Below, in pieces: positions 8,700 to 18,560 of a DNA stretch of 64,000 nt (its first letter is position 1; the number at the start of each line of letters is the position of its first letter). The position numbers and the translations under genes are program-made. Where the stretch lies: assembly GCA_047601445.1 (NCBI GenBank), contig JASGJH010000001.1:3136001-3200000 (forward strand). Reading direction: 5' to 3'. The stretch is from Myxococcales bacterium (GTDB lineage: Bacteria > Myxococcota_A > Polyangia > Polyangiales > DASUME01). The notes under the pieces were generated by a model that was not told the DNA's origin, did not search any database, and saw only the letters and a program-made list of their open reading frames with translations.

Positions 8700-11023
8700 G
8701 CGAACCTCTACGCGGCTCGGTCGGACGCGCTGTGCCCCACGAGGCCGCGGTGTTGCACGTCACCGGTGCCGCCAAGTACGTGGACGATCTGTTGCCGAGC
8801 GCGCTCGCGTCACGCGTCGCCCATGCGTGGCCGGTGCTGTCCACGCAGGCCCATGCGCGCATCAGCGCGCTCGACGCGAGTGCAGCGCGCGCCACGCCAG
8901 GTGTGCTGTGCGTCCTCGAGGCGAGCGACGTGCCAGGCGAGAACGACGTCAGCCCCATCCGACGGGACGAACCACTCTTCCCCCGCGTGGTGGAGCACCA
9001 CGGGCAAGCGCTGTGCTGGGTGATCGCCGAGAGCGAGAGCGCGGCGCGCATCGCTGCCGGCAAGGTCCAGGTGAGCTACGAGTCCTTGCCTGCGTTGCTC
9101 TCGCTCGAGCAAGCCATCGAGCAGCAGAGCTTTCTCAGCGAGCCCGAGCGCATGGCCCGCGGCGACGCCACCGCGGCACTCGCCAGGGCCCGCCACCGCT
9201 TGCAGGGTGAGCTGTACATCAAGGGCCAAGAGCACTTCTACCTGGAGACGCAGGCCGCCCTCGCCTATGTCGACGAGAGCGATCTCGTTCAGGTTCACTC
9301 CTCCACCCAGCACCCCACGCAAACCCAGGAGATCGTGGCGCGCGTGCTCGGTGTGCCGCGCAATCAGGTCGTCGTTCAATGCCTGCGCATGGGCGGTGCC
9401 TTCGGCGGCAAGGAGACCCAGGCCAATGGCTTCGCTGCGCTCGCGGCGCTGGCCGCCTTCAAGCTCGGACGTCCGGTGAAGCTCAGGCTGTCGCGTGGTA
9501 ACGACATGCGAATGACCGGCAAACGCCACCCATTTTTGGCGCGCTTCGACGTCGGCTTCGACGACGACGGCAAGCTCGAAGGCTTGGACCTCGCGCTGTT
9601 TAGCGACGGCGGCTACAGCCTCGACCTCAGCGCCCCCATCATGGCGCGCGCGATGTTCCACTGCGACAACTGCTACCTGCTCCCCAACGTGAGCATCGAG
9701 GGCCGCGCCTGTCGCACCAACTACCCCTCCAACACGGCGTTTCGTGGCTTCGGTGGGCCGCAGGGCATGGTGATTATCGAGGACATCCTCGACCGGGTGG
9801 CGCGACAGCTACGGCTTCCCCCTCACGTGGTGCGCGAGCGCAACTTCTATCGTGAGGGCGACACCACGCACTACGGGCAGCAGGTTAAAGACGCCGAGCG
9901 CATCGAGCGCCTCTGGAGTGAGCTCAAGCGCACGAGCCAATTCGAGCGACGGCTCGAGGAGATCCGCGCCTTCAACGCCCAACACGCGCAGCGCAAGCGG
10001 GGCATCGCCATCACCCCCGTCAAGTTCGGCATCTCGTTCACCGCCACCTTCTACAATCAGGCCGGCGCACTGGTGCTGATCTACAAAGACGGCACGGTGC
10101 AGGTCAACCACGGCGGCACCGAGATGGGCCAGGGTCTGCACACCAAGATCCAGCAAATCGCGGCCCACGAGCTCGGCCTGCCGCTCCGCGCCGTGCGCGT
10201 GATGCCGACGCGAACCGACAAGGTGCCCAACACCTCCGCCACCGCGGCCTCCAGCGGTTCGGACTTGAACGGCGCAGCGGTGCAGATCGCCTGCCGCAGC
10301 CTGCGCAGCGAGCTCGCCGAAGTGGCCTCCAACCAGCTCGGAGTCCACGCGGATGATCTCGAGTTCGACGCTGGCAAGGTGTACCCGCGGGGCGAGGAGC
10401 CGCGCGCGTTGCCATTCTCCAAGCTGGTGGAGCTCGCCTACTACGAGCGGCGCCCACTATTCGCGAGCGGCTTCTATCGGACGCCCGAGATTCACTACGA
10501 TCCCAAGCTCGGACGCGGCAAACCGTTCCACTACTACGCCTATGGCGCTGCCGTGAGTGAGGTCGAAGTCGATGGTTTCACCGGGCATTACAGGTTGCTC
10601 CGCGCGGACCTGCTGCACGACGTCGGAAGCTCCACCTCACCGCTGGTCGATCGCGGACAGGTCGAAGGCGGATTCCTGCAGGGCGTCGGCTGGCTCACCA
10701 CCGAGGAGGTCGTGTGGAGTTCCCAGGGAGCCCTGGAGAGCGCGGGGGCCTCGACCTACAAGCTCCCCAGCCTCGGAGAGTGTCCCCTCGAGTTCCACGT
10801 GCATTTGCTCGAGCGCGCCCACGAGTCCGGTGTGGTGCACGGCAGCAAGGCGGTGGGCGAACCCCCGTTCATGCTGGCCATCAGTGTGCGCGAAGCATTG
10901 CGCGGCGCTGCAGCGGCCTTCGGTGTGGAGCAAGGCCCCGTGAGCCTGAGCGTGCCGGCCACCCCCGAGGCCGTGTACTGGGCGCTGACCAGCGTGCGTG
11001 GCCGGGGGCGTGCCGCCGAGTGA
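8696..11023 (+). CDS. xdhB: xanthine dehydrogenase molybdopterin-binding subunit
   Basis: Motifs GQEHFYLET, MGGAFGGKE, AFRGFGGPQG, GGTEMGQGL, SKAVGEPP. ATGA overlap with xdhA. Confidence 0.95.
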   Translation: MSEPLRGSVGRAVPHEAAVLHVTGAAKYVDDLLPSALASRVAHAWPVLSTQAHARISALDASAARATPGVLCVLEASDVPGENDVSPIRRDEPLFPRVVEHHGQALCWVIAESESAARIAAGKVQVSYESLPALLSLEQAIEQQSFLSEPERMARGDATAALARARHRLQGELYIKGQEHFYLETQAALAYVDESDLVQVHSSTQHPTQTQEIVARVLGVPRNQVVVQCLRMGGAFGGKETQANGFAALAALAAFKLGRPVKLRLSRGNDMRMTGKRHPFLARFDVGFDDDGKLEGLDLALFSDGGYSLDLSAPIMARAMFHCDNCYLLPNVSIEGRACRTNYPSNTAFRGFGGPQGMVIIEDILDRVARQLRLPPHVVRERNFYREGDTTHYGQQVKDAERIERLWSELKRTSQFERRLEEIRAFNAQHAQRKRGIAITPVKFGISFTATFYNQAGALVLIYKDGTVQVNHGGTEMGQGLHTKIQQIAAHELGLPLRAVRVMPTRTDKVPNTSATAASSGSDLNGAAVQIACRSLRSELAEVASNQLGVHADDLEFDAGKVYPRGEEPRALPFSKLVELAYYERRPLFASGFYRTPEIHYDPKLGRGKPFHYYAYGAAVSEVEVDGFTGHYRLLRADLLHDVGSSTSPLVDRGQVEGGFLQGVGWLTTEEVVWSSQGALESAGASTYKLPSLGECPLEFHVHLLERAHESGVVHGSKAVGEPPFMLAISVREALRGAAAAFGVEQGPVSLSVPATPEAVYWALTSVRGRGRAAE

Positions 11024-11050
11024 GCCTCGACGACATCCCCCAAGGGGTTC

Positions 11051-11296
11051 CTAGTGCGTGTGGCTCTCGCGACCGTACTCGCTGAGCATTTGCACCACAC
11101 TCTCCACCGACGAGAAGCGATCGAGGGTGAGCCCCTCGAGGTCGAGCGGGATGCCCAGATCCTGATCGATGAACGTGATGAGCTGCAGCAAAGATACCGA
11201 GTCGAGCACCTGGCTCAGCGCATCCTCGCCCGGATCGAACTCGGGCTCCATGTTCTCGCGGATATATCCGACGATGCGTTCGTAACGACTCATCAC
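11051..11296 (-). CDS. acyl/peptidyl carrier protein
   Basis: 81-aa acidic protein with the phosphopantetheine-site motif LDSVSLLQL. Translationally coupled to the upstream decarboxylase. Confidence 0.8.
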   Translation of the reverse strand: MMSRYERIVGYIRENMEPEFDPGEDALSQVLDSVSLLQLITFIDQDLGIPLDLEGLTLDRFSSVESVVQMLSEYGRESHTH

Positions 11297-12615
11297 TCTT
11301 CTCCCTCTCTTGGTCGCACACGCGCGTCACCGCACGCTCCGACCCCGCTCGACCGGGCGAATTCGCCATGGCGCTTGCGGGACGAGATCTCGAGCACGAG
11401 CTGAGGCGAGGTCCCCTCCACGATGACCTCCACGGGCAGATCGTGGCTGATGAAATGAGCCGGACTTGCCGTGACACCATAGGCGCCACTGCAGTGGATT
11501 CCGATCACATCCCCGACTTGGAGCTCGGGCAGCATTACCCCTCGCCCGAGCACGTCGATGGTGGTGCATAGCGGGCCGTAGAGATCGAATGCACGAGGCG
11601 CGCCTGCAGCCGTGCCGGACTGTGCGCTCACTTTGAATAGACGATAGTTGCGGTGCAACGCCATCCCCAGATGACCACACGCCCCGAGGTGGTGGTTCAT
11701 ACCGCCGTCGAAGGTAGCGATCTCGCTGCCTCGCGAGCGCTTGCGGTTCACCACGCGGGTCAGGTAGATGCCGGCTTCGCCCACCAGGTAGCGACCCGTC
11801 TCGAGCAAGAGCTCGGTGTCCGCGAAGCGCGGCTCGGCCTTGAACGCGCGCAGCTGCGGCAGCGCCAGCTCGGCCACCGCGTGGGCGTCCACAGAGCGGT
11901 CCTTGTCGTGGTATGGGATGCCGAAGCCGGAGCCGAATACGAGCTTCTGCGGGACGATCCGGTGCCCCTCGCAGAGCGTCCGAAAGATCTCGATGAAGAG
12001 CTGATAATTCCCGGCGATGGCGTCGGGCTTGAGGCATTGGGTGCCCGAGTAGATGTGGAACCCCACGAGGTCGAGCCCGGGCAGGTCGAGAATGCACGAG
12101 AGCGCCTCGTGGGCGTCCTCCTCGTCGATGCCGAACTGGCACGGCCGACCGGCCATGTTGACGCCGAACCCCTTCGGCACGCGGCTCGGCGCGATGCGCA
12201 CCAGGATGCGCTGCACCTTGCCGGCCCCCTGGGCGATGCGGCTCAACTCGCGCGCCTCACGCACGGACTCGACCACGACTTCACCGATGGCATGCTCGAC
12301 CGCGAGCTCCAGGTCCTCGTGGCTCTTGGCGGGCCCCGTGAAGCTGATCTTGTCGGCTGGATAGTCGAGCCCCAGCGCGATGCGCAGCTCGCCCCCCGAC
12401 GATACGTCGAGCGTGTCGACCCAACTGGCGAGCCGAGACACCACGCCTGGATGGGGATTGCACTTCATGGCGTAGCTCACGCCGAAGAGGCCCTGGAAGG
12501 CGGCGCGCAGGCTGTGTACGCGGGTCTGCACGTCGTCCATGAAGTAGACGAAGCAAGGAGTGCCGTGACGAGAGGCGATCTCGTCGAGGAGCTGTCTGCG
12601 CTGGTCCATCGTCAT
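11293..12615 (-). CDS. fold-type III PLP-dependent decarboxylase (LysA/BtrK-like)
   Basis: Motifs SYAMKCNP (PLP Lys), HIYSGTQ, GSGFGIPY, ETGRYLV, GPLCTTID, GAYGVTASPAHFISH. Confidence 0.88.
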   Translation of the reverse strand: MTMDQRRQLLDEIASRHGTPCFVYFMDDVQTRVHSLRAAFQGLFGVSYAMKCNPHPGVVSRLASWVDTLDVSSGGELRIALGLDYPADKISFTGPAKSHEDLELAVEHAIGEVVVESVREARELSRIAQGAGKVQRILVRIAPSRVPKGFGVNMAGRPCQFGIDEEDAHEALSCILDLPGLDLVGFHIYSGTQCLKPDAIAGNYQLFIEIFRTLCEGHRIVPQKLVFGSGFGIPYHDKDRSVDAHAVAELALPQLRAFKAEPRFADTELLLETGRYLVGEAGIYLTRVVNRKRSRGSEIATFDGGMNHHLGACGHLGMALHRNYRLFKVSAQSGTAAGAPRAFDLYGPLCTTIDVLGRGVMLPELQVGDVIGIHCSGAYGVTASPAHFISHDLPVEVIVEGTSPQLVLEISSRKRHGEFARSSGVGACGDARVRPREGEE

Positions 12616-14264
12616 CCCGCTGGTTGAGTGTCCGAGAGCATCTGCACGGCTTGTGCCGCGAGGCTGACGCGATCTGGCTTACCGCTGGCGGTGCGGGGCA
12701 AGCTCTCCCGCAGGCACAGCAACTCGGGAACCATGTACGAAGGCACTTGCCGCTGCAGGCGCACGCGAAGTTCACGCGCGTCCACCTGGGCCGAAGGTTC
12801 GGGAATGACGAACGCCACCAGCTCGGTTCGCGACGCCGTACGCGCGACGATCACCTCGACGCTGGCGACACCCGGCAGGGCCGCGATCTGATTGCGTACT
12901 TCGCCGGGATACACGCGATTGCCCTGGATCTTGGCCATGTCATCGCGACGACCGCTCAGGTACAGATAACCCTCTGCGTCCAGATAGCCGATGTCGCCGG
13001 TGAAGATCACCTTGGGGCTCGGATCCGCGGGGCCGTGCCACGGGTTCTCGCGCAGCTTGCGCTGCGGATCGCTGCCGTCGAGATAGCCGAGCATCACACC
13101 GAGCCCGCTGTGCACCACTTCGCCGGACTCACCAGGCTCCGCGAGCGTTCCATCGTCACGCGCGATGTACAGGTGCACTCCCAGGAAGGGACGTCCGACG
13201 CTGCCCGGACGGCCCGCATACTCGTCGGGACGAAGCGAGCTGGCCCGGAAGGCCTCGGTTTGACCGTAGGTCTTGAAAATCTGGATACCGCGCGCCACCG
13301 CGGGCAGACGCTCGTGCTGGGCCCGCGTCATATCTCCGCCCGAGACCGTGATGTAACGCAGCTTGCGGTGCGCATCGGCGCGATCGAAGGCCCCCCCTTC
13401 GCGCATCAAGTCGGCCCAAATGGAGGGCACACCCGAGATGCCCGTCACGCCGCGCGCAGCACTGACCCGCAAGATGTCGCGGGGCAGCCACGAGTCGAGC
13501 ACGACGAGCTCCGCGCCCACCGTGATGGCCGAGAGGAGCTGATTGAGCCCGACGTCGAAGGAGAAGGGCAGCACGTTGAGCAGCACGTCCTGCTGGGAAA
13601 GCCCATACCAGGCCACCTCCGCCAACGCGCGCGCCCGCAGGTCCGCGCAGCTGATCAACACGCCCTTGGGCAGGCCCGTGGAGCCCGACGTAAACAGGCA
13701 AGCGCCCGCACGCTGAGGCGTCTCGTGCCCTTCCGGCATGTGCGTGGTCGCCACGGGCGTCCATGACTCGGTACACTGCTGGGCAGCAAGGCGCTCGTAG
13801 GCCTTGCGCGACAGGCGGGACAGCTCGGCCTCGCCGAGGACCAACCAGCGCGTGCCGAAGAGCGGAGAGTCGTCGCTCAGCTCACCGCGCAGCGCATTCA
13901 GGCCAACCTCGTCGATCAGGGCGCATGGCGAGCGGGTGGCCGCCACGATGTGCTCGATCTGGGGGATGCGCAGCTTTTGGTTCACGCAGCAGAAGGCGCG
14001 ACCGACACTGAGCGCACCGAGCATGGCCGCCGCCGCATCGGCGCCACGCGCCAGGCACAGCGGCACCACCTGTCCGGGCTGGGTGCGGCGGTCGAACAGC
14101 TGGGCAAAGGCGCGTACCCGTTGGAGCAGATCGGCGTAGCTGGTCTCGTCGAAGCGACCATCTCCCAGGTGCACCGCGATCGCCGTTTTCTCCGCTTGTT
14201 CGCGCGCGTGACGTTCGAGTAGGCCGAGCCATGCGCCGTGCGCGGAGGCCTCCATGCTACTCAC
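12612..14264 (-). CDS. AMP-binding adenylation enzyme (acyl/aminoacyl-carrier ligase)
   Basis: Motifs FTSGSTGLPKG, LPFSFDVG, TYGQTEAFR, FTGDIG, GRRDDMAKIQGNRV, PRTASGKPDR. Confidence 0.9.
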   Translation of the reverse strand: MSSMEASAHGAWLGLLERHAREQAEKTAIAVHLGDGRFDETSYADLLQRVRAFAQLFDRRTQPGQVVPLCLARGADAAAAMLGALSVGRAFCCVNQKLRIPQIEHIVAATRSPCALIDEVGLNALRGELSDDSPLFGTRWLVLGEAELSRLSRKAYERLAAQQCTESWTPVATTHMPEGHETPQRAGACLFTSGSTGLPKGVLISCADLRARALAEVAWYGLSQQDVLLNVLPFSFDVGLNQLLSAITVGAELVVLDSWLPRDILRVSAARGVTGISGVPSIWADLMREGGAFDRADAHRKLRYITVSGGDMTRAQHERLPAVARGIQIFKTYGQTEAFRASSLRPDEYAGRPGSVGRPFLGVHLYIARDDGTLAEPGESGEVVHSGLGVMLGYLDGSDPQRKLRENPWHGPADPSPKVIFTGDIGYLDAEGYLYLSGRRDDMAKIQGNRVYPGEVRNQIAALPGVASVEVIVARTASRTELVAFVIPEPSAQVDARELRVRLQRQVPSYMVPELLCLRESLPRTASGKPDRVSLAAQAVQMLSDTQPAG

Positions 14265-14847
14265 CGTCCGCTCCTTCCGTGGTGGCCCCGCCCCGAATCT
14301 TGCGCAGGCTGGGACGAGCCTCCGCGGAGTCGCTGGCGTTCAGGCGCAGACGACTGGCGTCGGCAGTCGACCGGGCCGGCACGCCGATGGCGATGGCGCC
14401 CGGCGGCACATCGGAGATGACGAGGGAGTTCGCTGCGACGCGGGCCCCTTGCCCGATGGTGACACCGCCCAACACGCTGGCGTTACAGCCGATGAAGACG
14501 TCGTCCTCGATGACGGGCGCTTCGGGCCCCATATTGCTGCCGATGGTGACACCGTGCATGACGCCGACGCGATTACCGATGACGGCCTCTGGATGAATGG
14601 AGACGGCCCCGGCGTGGACGATGTGAAAGTCCGCTCCAATTTGGGTCGTACACTCCAGATCGACGCCGGTGAAGAAGGTGACGATGGGCTTGATCTGCCC
14701 GTAGGCCAGGGAGCACGTGCGTCGCCACACGGGGTTCTCCCGGTGCATGGACCAGCGACCAAAGCGATACACGACCAGTGCCCAAAAGCCTCCGCTGCGC
14801 AGGGAGTGACCGTGGCACCGAAAGTCGCTTGCGATTTCCTCGAGCAT
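14257..14847 (-). CDS. serine O-acetyltransferase-like hexapeptide-repeat acyltransferase
   Basis: Left-handed beta-helix repeats (AVIGNRVGVMHGVTIG, PVIEDDVFIGCNASVLGGVTIG, VPPGAIAIGVPAR). ATG at 14847. Confidence 0.85.
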   Translation of the reverse strand: MLEEIASDFRCHGHSLRSGGFWALVVYRFGRWSMHRENPVWRRTCSLAYGQIKPIVTFFTGVDLECTTQIGADFHIVHAGAVSIHPEAVIGNRVGVMHGVTIGSNMGPEAPVIEDDVFIGCNASVLGGVTIGQGARVAANSLVISDVPPGAIAIGVPARSTADASRLRLNASDSAEARPSLRKIRGGATTEGADGE

Positions 14848-15121
14848 GCCAACCGTCCGGGTTCGAGCGCACGCTTGCGCGCGCCATACCAGCAGAGCGC
14901 GCGGTGGCGCCCAGGCAGAACGGCGCATACCGCATCGTCCGTTGCCTCATCCAGGCTAACACGCTTAGGAAGCTCAGGTAATCAGAGCTCCCTTCAAAAC
15001 ATCGGTTTTTGGCGGCTAAAAGCGTGCGAACACGTGCGGACACGCGCATCAAGCGCGCTTCGATTCGCGCGGCACGCCGGTAGCCCTTTCGTTGCGCAGG
15101 CTCGATTGCGGATTCAGGAGC

Positions 15122-16210
15122 TCAAGCCTTGGCGCGAGCCAAGCGCAAGGGCGCCACACTGTTGCTCATCGGACTGCGCGCGAGCTTCTCTTCGACCATC
15201 GCGTCGGCGATTTGCTGACTTGGGCAGCCGGCGGCTTCGGCGCGCTCCAGGATCTCCAAGATGGTGTCGTAGATGCGCTCGGTGCGGCTGCGTACCTTGA
15301 GTGGGTCGTAGCCCATCGTCTCCTGAGCGACGTGGATCAACCCTCCAGCGTTGATGGCGTAGTCGGGCGCGTAGACGATGTCGCGCTCCCGCAGCTGCTC
15401 GCCATGCCTCGACTCCGCGAGCTGATTGTTGGCCGCGCCGGCGACCACCTTGCATTTCAACTTGGGGATGGTGTCGTCGTTGAGGGCTCCGCCGAGGGCG
15501 CAGGGAGCGAACACGTCGCAGTCGACGCGATAGATCTCGTCGAGCGACACGGCACGGGCAGCGAACTCCTGCACCACGCGCTCGACCTTGTGGGGATCGA
15601 CATCGGCCACGGTCAGACGTGCTCCGCGGTCGCGCAGCTCTCGGCACAGGTGATAGCCGACGTTGCCCACGCCCTGCACAGCTACGTGGACGTCGACCAG
15701 CGAGGTCTTACCGAGCGCGAAGCGCACCGCGGCCTCGAGCCCGCGACGAACTCCCAGCGCGGTGCTCGGAGAAGGATCGCCGCTTCCGCCGTGGCTCTGG
15801 GCGGCGCCGGTCACGTGCCGCGTCACCGAGCGGATCACGGCCATGTCCTCGAGGGTCGTGCCGCTGTCTTCGGCGGTGATGTAGCGGCCGCCGAGTTCGT
15901 CGACGAAGCGCCCGAAGGCACGGAACAAGTGGGTGCGATCGAAGGCCTGGTGGGGCCGCATGATCACGCTCTTGCCGCCGCCGAAGGGGACCCCAGCCAG
16001 CGCCGCCTTGTAGGTCATGCCGCGCGAGAGGCGCAGTGCGTCGCGCAGCGCATCCCGCTCGTGGGCGTATTCGATGAAGCGGCAACCACCGAGCGCGGGG
16101 CCCAACCGCACGTCATGAATCGCGACGATCGCGCACAGCCCCGACGCAGCGTCGCGCTTCACATGGAGCTCCCCGAAATCGTGCTCGGCCATCTGCGCGA
16201 ACCATTCCAT
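15122..16210 (-). CDS. Glu/Leu/Phe/Val dehydrogenase (leucine dehydrogenase-like)
   Basis: Motifs GPALGGCR, LSRGMTYK, GGGKSVI, YITAEDSGT, VQGVGNVG, GAANNQL, APDYAINAGG. Confidence 0.93.
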   Translation of the reverse strand: MEWFAQMAEHDFGELHVKRDAASGLCAIVAIHDVRLGPALGGCRFIEYAHERDALRDALRLSRGMTYKAALAGVPFGGGKSVIMRPHQAFDRTHLFRAFGRFVDELGGRYITAEDSGTTLEDMAVIRSVTRHVTGAAQSHGGSGDPSPSTALGVRRGLEAAVRFALGKTSLVDVHVAVQGVGNVGYHLCRELRDRGARLTVADVDPHKVERVVQEFAARAVSLDEIYRVDCDVFAPCALGGALNDDTIPKLKCKVVAGAANNQLAESRHGEQLRERDIVYAPDYAINAGGLIHVAQETMGYDPLKVRSRTERIYDTILEILERAEAAGCPSQQIADAMVEEKLARSPMSNSVAPLRLARAKA

Positions 16211-16611
16211 GGCGTGTACTCCTTGTTCTGTTTGAGCCGGCCTCACCTCGTTCCACTGCTGGCGGAGCCGCTCCACTCGATCATCTAACCCATGCCCGTC
16301 CGGAGGCATGAGTGGACTCACAAGGGCGAGAGGAAGCGCGCTCGCGCGGTTGCATGCCGGCGTACCAAGCGCGCACCCCACCCGCGCAGGTAAGCGGCGC
16401 ATGACTCGCCGCGTAAACACCGAAGATTCGGCGAGTTGTGAGGTTCGGCGCGCTGGCCATGCCGCAGCCCGGGCCGCTTGCCCAGGCTTCGCCCGGGGCG
16501 CCTGGATCCCCCGACTCCCCCTTTTTTTGTGGGTCTTTGCCCCCTGCCGTTAGGCTTTGTCCCACAGGTTCGAGCGCGCGGAGGGGCGCGCCCAGCAAAA
16601 CGAGGTGTTCC

Positions 16612-17106
16612 GTGCGCGAAATCCTGCTCTCCGCCCGTGACCGATCCGTCCTGCGTCGGCTCGTGCGCATGCCCTGCCAAGTCGTGGAGGAAGAGTGCTT
16701 CTCCTTGCTGGCGAGCGAGACCCTCGACGTCTCCGTAACCGGGATGCGCGTGCGCGCGATCGTGCCGGCCGCCGTGGGCACCAAGGTGCTCGTCTCGTTT
16801 CGCGTGCCAGGTTCGAGCCTCTACATCGACGTGGACGCAGAGGTCGTGCGCGTACTCTGGGGCCGTCGTAAGGGCGACCAGTGCTCGGCGCTGGGCCTGC
16901 GCTTTCTGAACCTATCCCGGATCGACCGCGCCATTCTGGGTTCGCGCCTGCAGGGCCTGCCGCCGCCGCGCCCCGAGCGCGAGCTGCGCTTCGACTACGC
17001 GAGCACCGTGCTCTCGCTGTTCAATTCGAGCATTCGCTCGAGCTTCCGTGCGAGCACCGCGCCCCTGGCGCGCAGCCTGAGCGGACTCGCTGCGGCCCCG
17101 GGCTGA
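16612..17106 (+). CDS. PilZ domain protein
   Basis: RRLVR...DVSVTGM (RxxxR and DxSxxG), AEVVRV, LGLRF. GTG 16612 follows GAGGTG. Confidence 0.75.
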   Translation: MREILLSARDRSVLRRLVRMPCQVVEEECFSLLASETLDVSVTGMRVRAIVPAAVGTKVLVSFRVPGSSLYIDVDAEVVRVLWGRRKGDQCSALGLRFLNLSRIDRAILGSRLQGLPPPRPERELRFDYASTVLSLFNSSIRSSFRASTAPLARSLSGLAAAPG

Positions 17107-17118
17107 TCGCAGTTCTAC

Positions 17119-18529
17119 ATGGATCGCGTCGAGCCAGGGGAGCATCGCCACGGCCTCGGCCTCAGAGCCCAGATCCTCCTGGCACTCGGCACGGCCTTCT
17201 TGCTGTCCTTTACGGTGCTCGGCGTCATCGTGGTGCAGCTCGCCCACAAGGCCCAGGACGTCGAGCGCAGCCGTCGCGGTCTGGCGCTGTCCGAGGCGCT
17301 CGCGGTCACCATGCAGGCAGCGCGCGACGAGCTCGACGAGCGAGAGACCATCGAGCGCTTGCTGGGTCGCGCCGACATCACAGGCCTCGAGCTCGTCAAC
17401 CTCGACGGGACCCGGCTCGCTGCCGGCAGCCGACCGGGCAAGGCCGCCGCCATGACCACGCTGGCCGACGGCCGTGTGCTCGCCCTGTGGAGCGCGCCGC
17501 TCGACGCCGAGGCGACCGGCCCCTTGGGCCGCCTCTTGCGCCTCTACTTGCTCTTGACCGGTGTGCTCATCCTGATCATCGCGTACGTGGCGTTGACGCG
17601 CCTGATCGTGCGGCCTGTCGAGGACCTAACGCGCGCCTCGGAGCGCCTGGCGAGCGGCCCCCTGAGTGGTGCCCTGAGCACGGCGGCGCCCGTGGCTGGC
17701 GCGGCCGAAGTCGCTCGTTTGGCCATTAGCTTCAACCGCATGGCGCGCGATCTGCGCGCCGACCGCGCGGCCCTCGAAGCGCGCCTGGCCGAGCTCGAGC
17801 GCGCCACGCGAGAGCTGCGCTCCACGCAGGACCAGCTGATCCGCAGCGAGAAACTGGCCAGTGTGGGTCGACTCTCGGCCGGCGTGGCCCACGAGAATCG
17901 GGAACCCCTTGGCGGCCATCCTGGGCTTCGTGGAGCTCCTACAGGCAGGCGGGCTCGAGCCTTCGGACGAGCGCGAGTTCCTGCGCAGGGTCAAGAGCGA
18001 GGTCGAGCGAATCCACCGCATCATCCGCGAGCTGCTCGACTACTCGCGCGCCGAACCCGTGGCCCAAGCCGACGAATCGAGCGACCTGGCCCACGTGGTC
18101 GAAGAATCGGTCAAGCTGGTGGCGCCGCAGAAGGACCTCCGCAACATCACCATCGAGCGGCGTTTCGCCGAGCACACCTCCCGCGTACGCGGTGCGGAGG
18201 GCGACTTGACCCAACTGGTGTTGAACCTACTGCTCAACGCGGCCGACGCCGTGAACGGAGACGGCTCGATCCTCATCGAGCTGAGCGAGCCCGCCGAGCA
18301 GCCGGACCAGGTCGTGCTGGCGATCAGCGACAGCGGCTGCGGCATCCCCGAGGCGCTAAAAGACAAGCTCTTCGAGCCCTTCGTAACCAGCAAGCCGCCC
18401 GGCAAGGGCACTGGCCTCGGGCTCGCGGTGTCTCACGCCATCGTGCTGCGCCTGGGCGGCAGTATCCGCGGCGACAATCGAGCCTCCGGCGGGGCGCGCT
18501 TCGAGGTGCGTCTCCCCAAGCGGCGCTGA
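17119..18529 (+). CDS. membrane sensor histidine kinase (2 TM, HAMP, HisKA, HATPase), split by a +1 frameshift at ~17896
   Basis: EKLASVGRLSAGVAHE in one frame continues as IGNPLAAILG...NLLLNAADA...DSGCGIP...FEPFVTSK...GTGLGL in the next. Removing one A from GAGAATCGGG restores a 469-aa protein. A sequencing error is more likely than a pseudogene. Confidence 0.88.
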
Positions 18530-18560
18530 GCCCGGTCGCGGACTAATATTCCAGGTTCGC

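Noticed and set aside
11293..12615. Calling the decarboxylase lysA and the acetyltransferase cysE
   Set aside because: The ACP/ligase context, the GPLCT...ASP.HF motifs and the short acetyltransferase lacking the CysE N-terminal domain argue for specialised paralogues.
16350..16368. Sigma-54-like motif on the minus strand upstream of the amino-acid dehydrogenase (TGGTACG...ATGCA)
   Set aside because: GG-to-GC spacing is one base too long for a -24/-12 promoter.
17119..18529. True pseudogene or programmed frameshift in the histidine kinase and the zinc-ribbon/TPR gene
   Set aside because: No other decay and no slippery heptamer. The shared GATC context points to sequencing error, though reads are needed to confirm.
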